A stretch of DNA of 64,000 nucleotides from Nemertoderma westbladi (lineage: Eukaryota > Animalia > Xenacoelomorpha). The stretch spans positions 1 through 64,000 of the forward strand of contig JAUCBJ010007329.1 of the NCBI GenBank assembly GCA_032718475.1. The letters run 5' to 3'. This document shows positions 52,831-64,000 of this stretch, piece by piece. The first letter of the stretch is position 1. Every line of letters begins with the position of its first letter. Made by a program: the position numbers and the translations under genes. Under the pieces are notes generated by a model. That model worked only from the letters and a program-made list of their open reading frames with translations, was not told where the DNA came from and did not search any database.

Positions 52831-55022
52831 ATCAGCCTGTAAGGCCTGTGTGTCAGTAATAAATTGTTTCATTATCTGATTATCAATAGTGCCATTGCCA
52901 TAGTATAAATCGTTTTGTTTTATTCACTGTTCAACTTTATCCTGTTTTATTATGTGCAGTTTTATTTATAAGCTTCTATGGCAGCGGTGTCTCCATCCAA
53001 ATAATATATAATATAATATAAATATAGCTTATACAATACAGCAATATGTAAATAAATAAACTGACTAACCAATAGCAATAAATGAAATGACTGATCAGCT
53101 GATAGCTGGAACTGTGATAGCCTACCTGCTGACCTGCCTACTTCATAACAGCATAAGGCTAAATACGTAAATAAATGACCAGTTGCAGTCAGCCAGTGCA
53201 GCAGTGTGAGTTTCCATTCTGCCTCCTCACTCCAGCGTGGCCAGGTGGTTTTATTGTGTTGCTGTGCTGTTGGTCTGATGAACGCATGTATGTTGTCATG
53301 CTGTCTCAGTCTCACTGTCTGCCTGGTGCTAGGTTCGGCTGATTTCTGCGCCAGGCAAATATGTACGCCGGGTGCAGGGGTGTGCTGGGCTGATTCCTGC
53401 TCCGGCACCGGCACCGGGTCAATTTCTGCAGCCTGGCAGCGACGACGCCGGGAATATTTCGACGCCTGCTGCGCCGAGCGCAGCATCTCTATCATTTCAT
53501 TGCCAGTGCTCCGCCGGCTACGCCGGCGTAGCACATCTCTGCGCCGACCCTTCCGGCTCATTACCCGGTGTAGCACATTTCTGCGCCAGCTCCCGGCGCA
53601 AGTTCAGTTAGGTACTTTCGCCTAATTAGGCGAATTCTACATCGCCTAAATAAGCGTATGCATCTCTATGGAAAAATTTGTTAACCGCCTAATTAGGCTA
53701 CAATGTAAAAGGTTATATGTGCAACGCCCAATTAAGCGAGTACACATCTGAAAGTAAAATTATCTAACGCTTAATTGGGTGACACTAAATAAGGTATCAG
53801 TTTGCTACGTCTAATTAAGCGATTGCAACTGGAAACGTACTATTGTACTATGTACTGTACTAACGGTACAGTACTTTCCGGTACATCTGTAGGTCTACTT
53901 ACAGACTTACACTTTTTACCACTATTATTTGTTGTACTACAAATTAAGCCCAAATTTTTGTTATTTTTTAATTAGGTCCACCATCTCAAATGAGCTTGAA
54001 ATATTAATCGAAAACAAGGTTATATATTATAGAAACGAGAATCATCATCATAAGTAAAGAAAAATTAAAATATATTCCCGCGCCCCATAGCAGCCTGTGT
54101 GAGATTTTAAAAATTTCACTAAAAAAGATTACTCCGTTATTATTTTCCATTTTTGTATTCCGATACGCGATACCACATTTTTTGGTACCACCATGTTCTT
54201 TTTGATCATATTTTTCGGTCACTTTTTGTATTTTCATTTTCTAATTCTGATAATTGAGAATTTTGTAAGAAAAATTCATTAATGAAATGGGGAAATATTA
54301 TGAAATCAAAGAAAACTGTCTGAAATTTATTGAAGCTTAGAAAATTACCTTTCATATAAAGCAAAAATTGCTATCAAAAAACGGTTAAGAAATGGCTGAG
54401 GAGTAGTATTTTTCGTGTGAAAAAATGTCATTCTGTCAACCACAATTGTCGAATCAGAGTTGTTTACTTTGTCATTTATAGTGGCAGATGATTTAAACAG
54501 ATTTAATAATGTAGTGTAAGTTGGTGCTGCGCTGCTATCTGAACGGACAACTACACTAAATTTCGAATTATCAACTGCATAGCACACCACAGATTCTGTG
54601 GCAGAGTAAGTTCCCACAAAGTGCAAATTTAAAGTAGCAAGTAACAACTCTACACCTTAGTTGCTATTTTTCCATTTCTGGACTTAAAGTCGGTCACGCC
54701 ACAAAGTCTAAACAATAATTCCACAAACATATCCAGATGGTATTTGTTGACTATTTAAGTTCGCAATCAGATCATCTAGAGATTGTGCTCGAGGGTATGA
54801 TGGGAGGTGTTCCTTATGAAGTTGTTCACGAAATTTATCGATACAGGATTCATGTTCCAAAGTTGTAAATTGCATGATGATGTATTGGTGCTTGCTTCAG
54901 TGAACAATGTTGGAGTAGGTAAAGGTTTACTTTCAATCTCATCTTCTAATTTGTCTGGTCTCTTGCGGGTGCTGGGCAATGCAATTTTTTTCAAGTAATA
55001 TGAATGGCAGGCAGTACACATA

Positions 55023-56632
55023 CAGTCGGTGAGAAGTCAAAAATTGGACTTGAGTCCAAAATTGGACTTTGACTCCAGTTCAAGTCCAAAATTGGACTTC
55101 TGTGAGTCCAATATTGGACTTCAAATCAGCCAATTGTTCCAGGGCCTTGGGTAATTGGATCGGGCAGGATTTTTTTTTTTTAATCGAAAATATATCAAAA
55201 AATAAGAGTTTTGAACAGGGGGACCTGAAATTCACCAGGGGGAACTTTTTTTATAAGGCTTTGAATTTTTACAAAAGTCCAATATTGGACTTTAAGTCCA
55301 ATTTTGGACGCGACATTGAGAATCAAACTTAAATGTACATGAAGCATAACAGATGAGAGACAGCCAGACAGCTATTAAGTTATGGAAAGTTACCTTTGCA
55401 GCTCTGTATGTATCTTCAGTGTACTGTACTTAGAATATAATGGTACATTCTAGCATTCTAGGTACTTTGTACTTTACTTTTAGCATATTGTTTAGTTTAC
55501 ATTCATGTTATGTCTAACCTTTACAGCCTTATGTACCCAGGACTTTAGAGTCTTTAGGACTAGATTAGATTATGCTCCAAGAAATATTTAATTACAAATT
55601 ATATTTGGTGGAAACTGGTAGCAATACCAGGTTTGCCAACTGCAGCTGCTGCTAAGGCTAACTACAGTACTCAGTACAAGCTACGATTTGGTCTAAGCCT
55701 ATGGGAGCCCTATCAGAAAGAAATTCGAACAAGTTGATGCTACCACCATCTCTTCTAATTTTTCGATACAACAGGAAGGGTATTTTAAAATGGCTGGATA
55801 ATGAAAGGGGATTAACTGATTAACGTGTTGGGGTCTCCACATAATAAGTACAGAAGTAACACACGTCATAAACCAATTGAGGGAAAGGAACAGGTTACTG
55901 AGGCAGGCTTTTCTAACTAAAACAATAAAGGGCCACTTTTGACTTTACCAATTGAAGGAGCCCTCTATCACCACATACTACTAAACTAACTACAATCCAG
56001 CAATTGGCATGCTGCATTGCAGCTGCATTATATATATATATAGGCCCTATTAAGAATGCTGTGCCGGCTTGTTGACAAAAGTGCGCCTCCACAACTCCCT
56101 TACACTCTTACAGCCTTATCACCCATGACATTTGCTAGATCATCCGCATCTTCAAGGCCAGTGTCCTTTAAGATGCGTCTCAAGAAAGTCATGGGCTGTC
56201 CACCATGCTTATTCACTCCATGAGGTGCACCGGCTGGTCCTCACGGCGAAAGCAATGTCCTGCAAAGCGGAGGCGGCTTTGTTCTAGTGTCAAGCTTGGG
56301 GGAACTAATGAGACACCTCCAACTCCAATGTTAAATAGTGTCTGGTTGGAGATGTGTGCATTGTACTTGACACAGTGAATCTAATCAAAATAATTAGTCA
56401 ATAAACAATAATAACAATAGCTCAATAACATAATACAGTAATAGGTTACAGTTTACAGTAGGCCTATTTACAGTAATATATATGTGCTGATACGGGATGC
56501 AGTTTTGATTGGCATGGCAGCATGGGTACACTTGGAGTTGTACTAAAGTCCAATATTGGACTTTGGAGTCCAAAATTGGACTTGAAGTCTAAAATTGGAC
56601 TTGAAGTCCAATTTTTGACTTCTCACCGACTG
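55023..56632. mobile_element. CAGT-ended TIR element with 5-bp TSD
   Basis: TIR CAGTCGGTGAGAAGTCAAAAATTGGACTT. TSD ACATA at 55018-55022 and 56633-56637. AGTCCAATATTGGACT palindromes inside. Confidence 0.93.
56060..56385 (-). mobile_element. RTE-like LINE 3' fragment
   Basis: Translates as RLRFAGHCFRREDQPVH...HGVNKHGGQPMTFLRRILKDTGLEDADDL. Homologous to 39148-39275. Confidence 0.7.
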
Positions 56633-56991
56633 ACATATATTTTGCTCTCTTTGGAAATACACCTTTTTCAATCATGTTGTCAATAACTTCACGTTTGCCT
56701 TTTTTTTTTCGACAGGCAAACAGGTCCATTATCTCATATGTGGCGACAGATGCCAATTCACTGGTGTGATCCTTAACCCAATCGAGACAAAGTGTTTTAG
56801 CCTACAGCACCTTTTGAAGTTAGCCATTTATTAAATGTTGAAATATATTTCAATAAAAAAATAATAAAATCGTCTGATCGTTAATAAAAATAAATACAAA
56901 ATCAAAATTTGTCTGTAAAAATGGACTTGGAAACAAAAATACCAGTCAGCCAGTATAGAGATTAACCCTGCCCCGGTATGGTAAAAAATTA

Positions 56992-58026
56992 CCCTTCACC
57001 GGTAACGTGGGGTATTTTTATACCCCAAATTGATAAGACATTTTAAGTAACATTAAACAGAAAAACACTTGCAATCCCCCTCCCAGAATTTGCCAAATGG
57101 TGAAAAAATAAGTTGTGAATTTGTATTTTCAATTTGGTTGAAGTCTACCCAACGCTCAATGCCACAAAAGTTATCCCACTACAATCGCGATCATCGTTAA
57201 CGTCGCGATGGGGCGTTTTGCAACAAGATACTATCATAGTGAAGCATTAGCTGTGTGAGAGTGTTTCTCATTTTAGGTTTTTTAGTGGTGTTATGGGTTA
57301 AGTATACCATTGCAGTTCCAAGAAGCATAAAATGAGTCAAATACCACCACTAAAAGTCAACAAAGTGATATACAGATATATCACCTCGCAATAGCAGAAG
57401 ATCTTGAATTGTAATATGAAATTTACACCATGACTGCAAAAGTACTGATGATTTGGTCATTAAATGTGATTATTGTCCAACTAAATTATACATTATTGCA
57501 GTTACAATGAACCCATAATGAGACCCAAAAGGACAGAACACCACTAAGAAAGCCTACAATAAGAATTATTCACATCTTATTCTCATCTAACCAAGTCTTG
57601 GCTTGTGAAATACAGGCCATACACAATACCAGTATACAGTAGCTTCATAACTGTCATAATACTGATAATTTGGTCTTAAAAGTCAAAGTTAAAACATGCC
57701 TCTAGCTGTCTAGCAGTCTAGTACAACTAAATCGACCATTGTGGTTCCAATGACACCAAAATGAGTCACAAAGTACCACTAAACCAGCACCATAACGTTA
57801 TGGGGTATTTTTATACCCCATCTTACCTAACTAAGTTGTTTTCAAATTAAAGGTCCATAACATTTTTCATAAACAAAATTTTATGGGTTTGACCCACACA
57901 ATCGTTAGATTACAAGTTTTTTGGAAGATACTATGAAGTTGGACATACATAATATGAGAGATTGTCGAAAAATATCAAAATTAATCCCCTTGGGGTATTA
58001 TTTTACCCCACGTTACCGGGGAAGGG
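56992..58026. mobile_element. piggyBac-like non-autonomous element
   Basis: TIR CCCTTCACCGGTAACGTGGGGTA / TACCCCACGTTACCGGGGAAGGG followed by TTAA. An alternative TTAA|CCCT left end lies at 56966. Confidence 0.75.
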
Positions 58027-58959
58027 TTAATAGTCTGTATGCGCTCCTATATGGAATATTGACAAAAAGCGCGCCACACGGATTCTGGTTAAACGAAAAG
58101 CGCGCCAGCCATTACATTCAATGCGCGCCAACCATTGAAAGATTGACCACTAAATTTTGCAATTATTGTGATCATTTATCAGTTTATACTGCAGTACCTA
58201 CCAGCCTACGCTACATACCTAGAGCTAGGCCCACTCTGCCACTCCTACAGTATTTTAACATGAAAATGCGAGCATAACGAGAAAGAAAATTTTGCAGAAA
58301 TGTAAACATGAATAGGCGTACAAGTAATACTGTAATATTCAGATAGTAGCTGAGTAGGTCAACCGACTGTTTTTAAATACAGATGTGATTAAATTGCGAG
58401 CGTAGCCAGCAAGAAAATTTTAAAATTTTTTGGTCAACCGACTATTTTTTACCTACAGACTGATAGATGTGATTATGAATTAAATCGGAGTGTAGCGAGC
58501 TCGGAAAATCTGCTGAATCGTGGTTTTAGGCTATATTGGTGTGAACAATTGAAAAACCTTTCAAACAACTCATATTTTGAAAGACATTAAAACTTTGGCC
58601 TGATTGGCCATGATGATTAACGTGGATTGGATACGGTACAGTACCTTCAATTCCCAATCTGTCGGTTTGTCAATAATGTGGGAGTGCAAAACAGTTCAAG
58701 GCACGGAACTACTTCTATAGGTTAATAAACAAATACTGTAATCAAATGCCCCTATTATAGTTATTATAATGATGAATAAGACTGTAAGAGTAGAGCGTAC
58801 AGTAAGCAGGTATAATACACAAACGCGAGCGAAAATTTTTAAGGCCTAGGCCTAACTCTTTTTAAAAATAGGCTCTAAATAGGCCGTTATAATTTCAAGT
58901 AGAGTGGCTGGATATGTTGCCATGCCAGTGCATTTTGCTACTATACATGACATCCATTT

Positions 58960-59115
58960 CCGCGCCAGGATCCTCAATGCGCGCCACACGCCCCTGTTCC
59001 TTCGCGCCAGGATCCTAAATGCGCGCCACACGCCCCTGTTCCTTCGCGCCAGGATCCTAAATGCGCGCCACACGCCCCTGTTCCTTCGCGCCAGGATCAT
59101 AAATGCGCGCCACAC
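58960..59115. repeat. 42-bp GC-rich minisatellite, ~3.5 copies
   Basis: Unit GCGCGCCACACGCCCCTGTTCCTTCGCGCCAGGATCCTAAAT. Confidence 0.9.
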
Positions 59116-60814
59116 ATGTTGAGCAAACTCTACATAAATTCCAACCTGGTATGCGCTTAATTGGGTGTTCACATATTTTACTAATCTTAAGCAAAGCTCA
59201 ATTAGGCGTTTGTAAAATCATCTCGCTTAATTAGACGAATTTTTACTTCGATACACTTTTCTGGAAGAATACACATGCGAATTTTTTATTTACACAAGCC
59301 AAAAGATGGTATCCATGGTGATAAAGCCAGCTGTTTTGTCCAAAGAGTGCGTGTTTTTTAAGTTTAATGCGCGGTTGAGCTCTAAGTTTCCTATGGAGAT
59401 TACTATAGGCAGCGCTCAATTGGGCGGTTTGGCAGTGGCGCTTAATTAGGCGAAAGTACCTAACTGAAGTTCTAGTCTAGGCCTAGTCAGACATTGGTTG
59501 GATTCAACAATATTTTAATTAAAATAGATATTCTCTTTACAAAAAAACATTTTCTACTTTTCAAATCACAATCTGACAATATTTAAAAAATTTATGATCA
59601 AAACATGTCAATATTGACATCATGTCAATTTTGACATGGAACATGTCAATATTGACAACATGTCAATATTGACAAAGTGCCCGACTGATATACAGATATA
59701 TAGGTCTCGTCTACTGGTCTAGGCCTACTGATATATGCCTATTGTTTTTAATATTGGAATAACACAATACCGGCAGTGACCGCTGGACCGGCAGACCGGT
59801 AATAGTGAATAGATTTGATTTGATGACAGTGACAGTGACAGTATTCAGGTATTACAGTATTATATTACCGGCCCACTGTCAGACTGTGCACTGGGTAGGA
59901 CTAAAAACCCAAACAGTCCCAAAAACGTACCGGTACCCAAACGGGGAAGTACGGAGTTAGGCCTATCAGCCTATATCAGACTTACAGACTTGAATTCATA
60001 TATCAGTATACTGGTATATCACAACGGTCTGACGGTGTGGCGACAACAAGAAAAGATCTGGAAATACAATTTAGGCCTACTAAGATTGTGAAGAAAAACG
60101 GAAAGAGGATTACAATTAATTACATCCACCCACACCATCATACAGCAGTATAGCCATACCTAAATGCATACTGCAGTACTGCCATACACAATCAGACAAT
60201 CAGACAATACAGCAATATTATAAATCACACACAGACAGACAAACAGGCATACAAACAGACAAGAACCCAAACAGCCAAACCGCAATAATAATTCAGTAAT
60301 TATCTTTCAGATTCAGGTTTGCATAGGCATTTCATTTATCTGTTTATCAGTTTATGTGTGTTGCCATATGTTTTTGTGTGTATTTGTATGTTTTTGCTGT
60401 TTTTGCGTGTTTTTGTATGTTTTTGTGTGTTTTGGGGTTTTTGTGTGTTTTTGGTGTAAATAGACGTCATCTATTTACGTCGTCGTAAATAAACGAACCT
60501 GAATTGATGTCCTGCATGCCTAGATGGGGATTATCGTGTTTGGGGGCCTACACGCCCTCCGCCTTTCCACTGACATAACTGCATAATAATATAACTAATA
60601 TAAGTAACACACGTCATAAACCAATTGGGGAAAAGAGCAGGTTACAGACTAGCAGAGGGAGGCTTTTCTAACCAAAACAATAAACGGCCACTTTGCCAAT
60701 TGAGGGAAAGGAGCAGGTTACCAGGTTACAGAAGCACAGTAACTGCCAGACTGTAGCCTATTGTTAGCTGGTTAGGGTTATTATAGTACTCTAGGACGGA
60801 CGGGTGCTGCTGCT

Positions 60815-60950
60815 GGTCACCTCGCCGCACTGCCACTTCGCCGCAGGTCACCTCGCCGCATATAATGTGCGGCGAGGTGTCTTTGCGGCGAGGTGTCTCA
60901 CTGTGAATGCCATTTCGCCGCAAATTATCGGACACCTCGCCGCAAGTCAA
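60815..60950. mobile_element. Mutator-like terminal region (CACCTCGCCGCA direct and inverted repeats)
   Basis: Clustered CACCTCGCCGCA / TGCGGCGAGGTG motifs ~1 kb from a MULE transposase remnant. The partner TIR is not in the window. Confidence 0.5.
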
Positions 60951-61934
60951 TATTAATCATTTATTTATATATTTACAGGGAAGCCTACTAAGCCTTGTTA
61001 TGGCATTGGACATTATTATAAGAAGAAATAAAATAATACGGTAAGGTGTGTTGTTCTATTATAATTACTGTATTATTATAGATATACAGTGAGAGTATTT
61101 GAGTTACGTATTAGATTATAGTAAAACAGTCATAATCGTATGTTTGTCAAAAATGTTGATCAGTTGTTTAAAACAAGTGTGACGTTATGAACGTTAAAAA
61201 ATTTATATTTAAAATTGTAATGTATGCATGCAGTATATATCACTAGTTCAAATTTGGAATAAAACATTTCATTGCGAAATGTATCTATCTAATAACTATT
61301 TACGTACATGTACAATGCGTAATTTTAGTAATGCAGTAACTAAGAACGGAAACTGAACTGAAGTAATGTAATAAGGTTAATACTGTATGTTTATGTTAAC
61401 TGATTACAGTCCTTAATTGCAACTCTAAGGGTCTGTTCAACACATATTACTATGGGGAGGGAAGGGTTCGGGAATAAATGTTACGTTTGCAGAGGGTCTG
61501 AGGTGGGGTGGGGGGGGGGGGGGGGTCGGGTGCTTTCAATATACTGTACGACGAGGTTTGCAGTTTAAAGTTTAAATTTATGATTTGCAATAATTTTCTT
61601 TTATTTTAAATTGTCACATATGGGGGGGGGGGGGGGGGGGTGTCCCATAGTTCATAACTGTTGCGTTGACTGCAGTACAGTATATTGCACTAGTTCACTA
61701 GTTCAAATAAAATATTTTGTTGTAATACGTACCGTAACTTAAGTTTCGTTAATTTACATCGCCAAGTAATAGTGTTATGAAATAAAAGACCCGCATCATT
61801 AAATCTTTGCAGGTGTGGAATGGGGGGGTGGGGGCTTCAATATGCGTACTGTACACGAGATTTGCAGATTAAAGTTTACATTTATGATTTGAATTCATAA
61901 CTGTTGCGTTGACTGAGATAATACATTTCCATAA

Positions 61935-62105
61935 TACATTAGCCCGTTGGTGTCGTATGACTGCCGACTGGCTTACAAGAGTCACCTGTAATGGGACCAT
62001 CGCCGCCTCTCGGTGGAGAAGCTCCAACAGTGTGTAGAACGGGAGGTGGTCTCGTTCAGTTCGTGTATTCAATCTCCGATGCCACCCTTCAACATCATTA
62101 TTAGT
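61935..62105 (-). pseudogene. MULE (Mutator) transposase C-terminal remnant
   Basis: TNNDVEGWHRRLN..DHLPFYTLLELLHREA contains the TNNxxEGWH motif around the catalytic Glu of Mutator-type DDE transposases. Confidence 0.8.
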
Positions 62106-63040
62106 TATTAGTTGTTAGTAGTTATTAGTTCAAATTTGGAATAAAACATTTCATTGCGAAATTTATCTATCTAATACAGTAACTATTTACATCATTATGT
62201 ACAATCGTTATGACCCGAATTTATTTATGTACCGATCGAGCGCAGCGAGGGATGTTTACACGTTCGGTATGTGAAGAAATAATTTTATGGATGCTCATTT
62301 ATACATTATCGTCGTATACATTCTGGTCACGTCACTGCAAACTGGATAATAAAGCACCACGCATTAACATAAATGGAAGTAATACATTCTGGAATACGGT
62401 AATTGAAGTTGTTTCCATGTCATTGATTACTTTGCAGCGTCCCCTCCTATAGTCCGCAACGCTGCAAAGTAGTACTTTGCAGTGTTACGAGTGATTTTAT
62501 TTTTTTATATAAATTGTCAAATATGGGGGTCACATAGTTTGCGTTGTCTGCGATAATAAATTTCTGGGTGGAATGATATAAGATATACGGTACGGGTCGG
62601 GTGGGGTCGGGTCGGCTGTGTTCAATAACCTTGGCTCCACAGTGCTACGACACGACGTACCTTAGGGCATGCCATGTACCCCCACGGGTGGGGTAGGTAC
62701 AACAATAAAGCCTTACTTAGGCCTATAGTAAAGCCTAGAGACGTTCGTTGGATACGTGTATGTGATGCTACGCCCTTAACGTAGTATAGCCAGGCCACAA
62801 CCAGTCGAAAGACACGGCCTCCAAGGGAGGCCCAAAGGGCGCCCTCATCCAAGTCATCCTATTGGTGGAAACAGACTAGCTCTGTAGCTTAAAGACATAT
62901 TGCTTATATACATATTATATTACCACATGCCTTGCTTTTATATTGCTATTCATTTTGCTCTTATCCATTACCGCCTTTCGTTTATTTTGATTACTCGTCT
63001 TGTTGTTGCTGTATTTTTCTTGATTTTGATTTTCTGTACA

Positions 63041-63146
63041 ATGGAAGATAACTGTGTCGTTTGTCTACGGATTGTTGGAAGGAGGCAGGAAGCCCTGCAA
63101 TGCGATGAGTGTAGTCGATGGCAGCATCGGAAGTGTGGGAATTCAG
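63041..63146 (+). CDS. Exon encoding the N-terminal part of a PHD finger, probably transposon-borne
   Basis: MEDNCVVC...ALQCDECSRWQHRKC (first six ligands of C4-H-C3), followed by a CAG|GTAAAG donor. Confidence 0.6.
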
Positions 63147-63179
63147 GTAAAGTGGTGTTCATTTTAAAAACATAATTAT

Positions 63180-63312
63180 TTATTACATGGGAAAAAAAGT
63201 AGAACTTTTTTTCACTAATCTCGAGGCATTTTATTTACCGAGCGTCAGCGAGGTTAATAAAGGACCGAGAGAATATTGAAAAAAAATGTTCTACGTTTTT
63301 TCCCATGTAATA
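63180..63312. repeat. Palindromic element with CGAGCGTCAGCGAGG core
   Basis: TATTACATGGGAAAAAAAGTAGAAC pairs with GTTCTACGTTTTTTCCCATGTAATA. Confidence 0.7.
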
Positions 63313-64000
63313 CGTGATTTTATTCTTAAATCGGTGCTTTTTTGTTGCTTAATTCTTTAATAAAACGTACAGCGATATAGTGGTACAAAATAAATTTAAC
63401 TATTTACATACTTGTGTGTAAAGTAGCACTTTACAATGTGATGATCCGATTGCATTGTTACACGAACGAACGTTAGTGAGTGAGTGAAAATAAAGCCATG
63501 AGGATCAGAATACTGTAAAGTACTTTGCAACAAGTATGTATGTAGTTTTATTCCAAAATTTTAATATAACGAAATTATGTACATATACCTTCCTTATAAG
63601 TGATAGAAACTGCATAAATTATATTAGTTGCTGCATAAATAAATGTAAAAATGACTCTAAATGACTCTCTAAAGTTGTGAAGTGCTAAATATCAACTCGC
63701 TGTTAATACATACTTACGGCGTTGAGTAATCTTACAATTTTGGAATAATTTAATTTTCATTTAATATATTATATTACATATTTAATTTCAATTACATATT
63801 TAATTTCAAATTACTGTACTCTTTCATAACTCCATTATAATTTACACATAACATAACGCATGGGCATAACTACAAGATTACCTATTATCTCTAGGTATTA
63901 CGCAAGCCCAATATAGGGAATTAAAGAGACAGATGGACGGAGATTTCGAGTAGAAATGTTTTAATTGTTCGCGGTCTAGAGTCCAGCAGGAGGGAGAGCT

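Larger units (their letters stand above)
54345..56826 (-). pseudogene. Decayed transposase-like ORF split by the 55023-56632 insertion
   Basis: Removing the insertion and one TSD restores the frame LDWVKDHTSELAS...GVFPKRAKYM|CTACHSYYLKK. A downstream fragment reads NLHFVGTYSATESVVCYAVDNSKFSVVV..SAAPTYTTLLN. Family unverified. Confidence 0.5.
53605..59466. mobile_element. CAGT-ended TIR element with 5-bp TSD carrying a decayed ORF
   Basis: TIR CAGTTAGGTACTTTCGCCTAATTA. TSD AAGTT at 53600-53604 and 59467-59471. Repeated CGCCTAATTAGGCG-type palindromes at both ends. Confidence 0.9.
48013..59687. mobile_element. CAGT-type TIR element inflated to 11.7 kb by nested insertions
   Basis: TIR CA(A/G)TCGGGCACTTTGTCAATATTGACA at both ends, with repeated TGTCAATATTGACA palindromes. 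Right flank ATATA; left flank ATATA followed by an extra CAATA (imperfect TSD). Confidence 0.7.

Noticed and set aside
52962-53625. 204-aa Arg-rich ORF and its antisense ORFs
   Set aside because: Arise from CCGGCG/GCGCC-rich TE subterminal repeats; no domain is recognisable.

Overview
AT-rich invertebrate-animal genomic DNA, dominated by repeats, with two host genes on the minus strand. The first is an NK1 (slouch/Nkx1) homeobox gene with exons 26674-26359, 25021-24799 and 23783-23665/23645. The second is an LRCH (LRR + calponin-homology) gene with only two coding exons, 47889-47512 and 38642-36285 (911 aa). Positions 1-12999 are a near-identical tandem array of a ~3.49-kb unit with deletion and chimeric variants, followed by a 42/168-bp higher-order satellite (13.3-16.7 kb). 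The rest is nested DNA transposons whose TIRs and TSDs can be read directly, a decayed hAT transposase, MULE remnants and LINE fragments. The most notable signal is a set of four different TIR elements. They share 5'-CAGT-type ends, 5-bp target-site duplications (exact in three) and family-specific palindromes centred ~20-21 nt from the end. One carries a decayed, unassigned transposase-like ORF. All alignments were made by eye; no searches were run.
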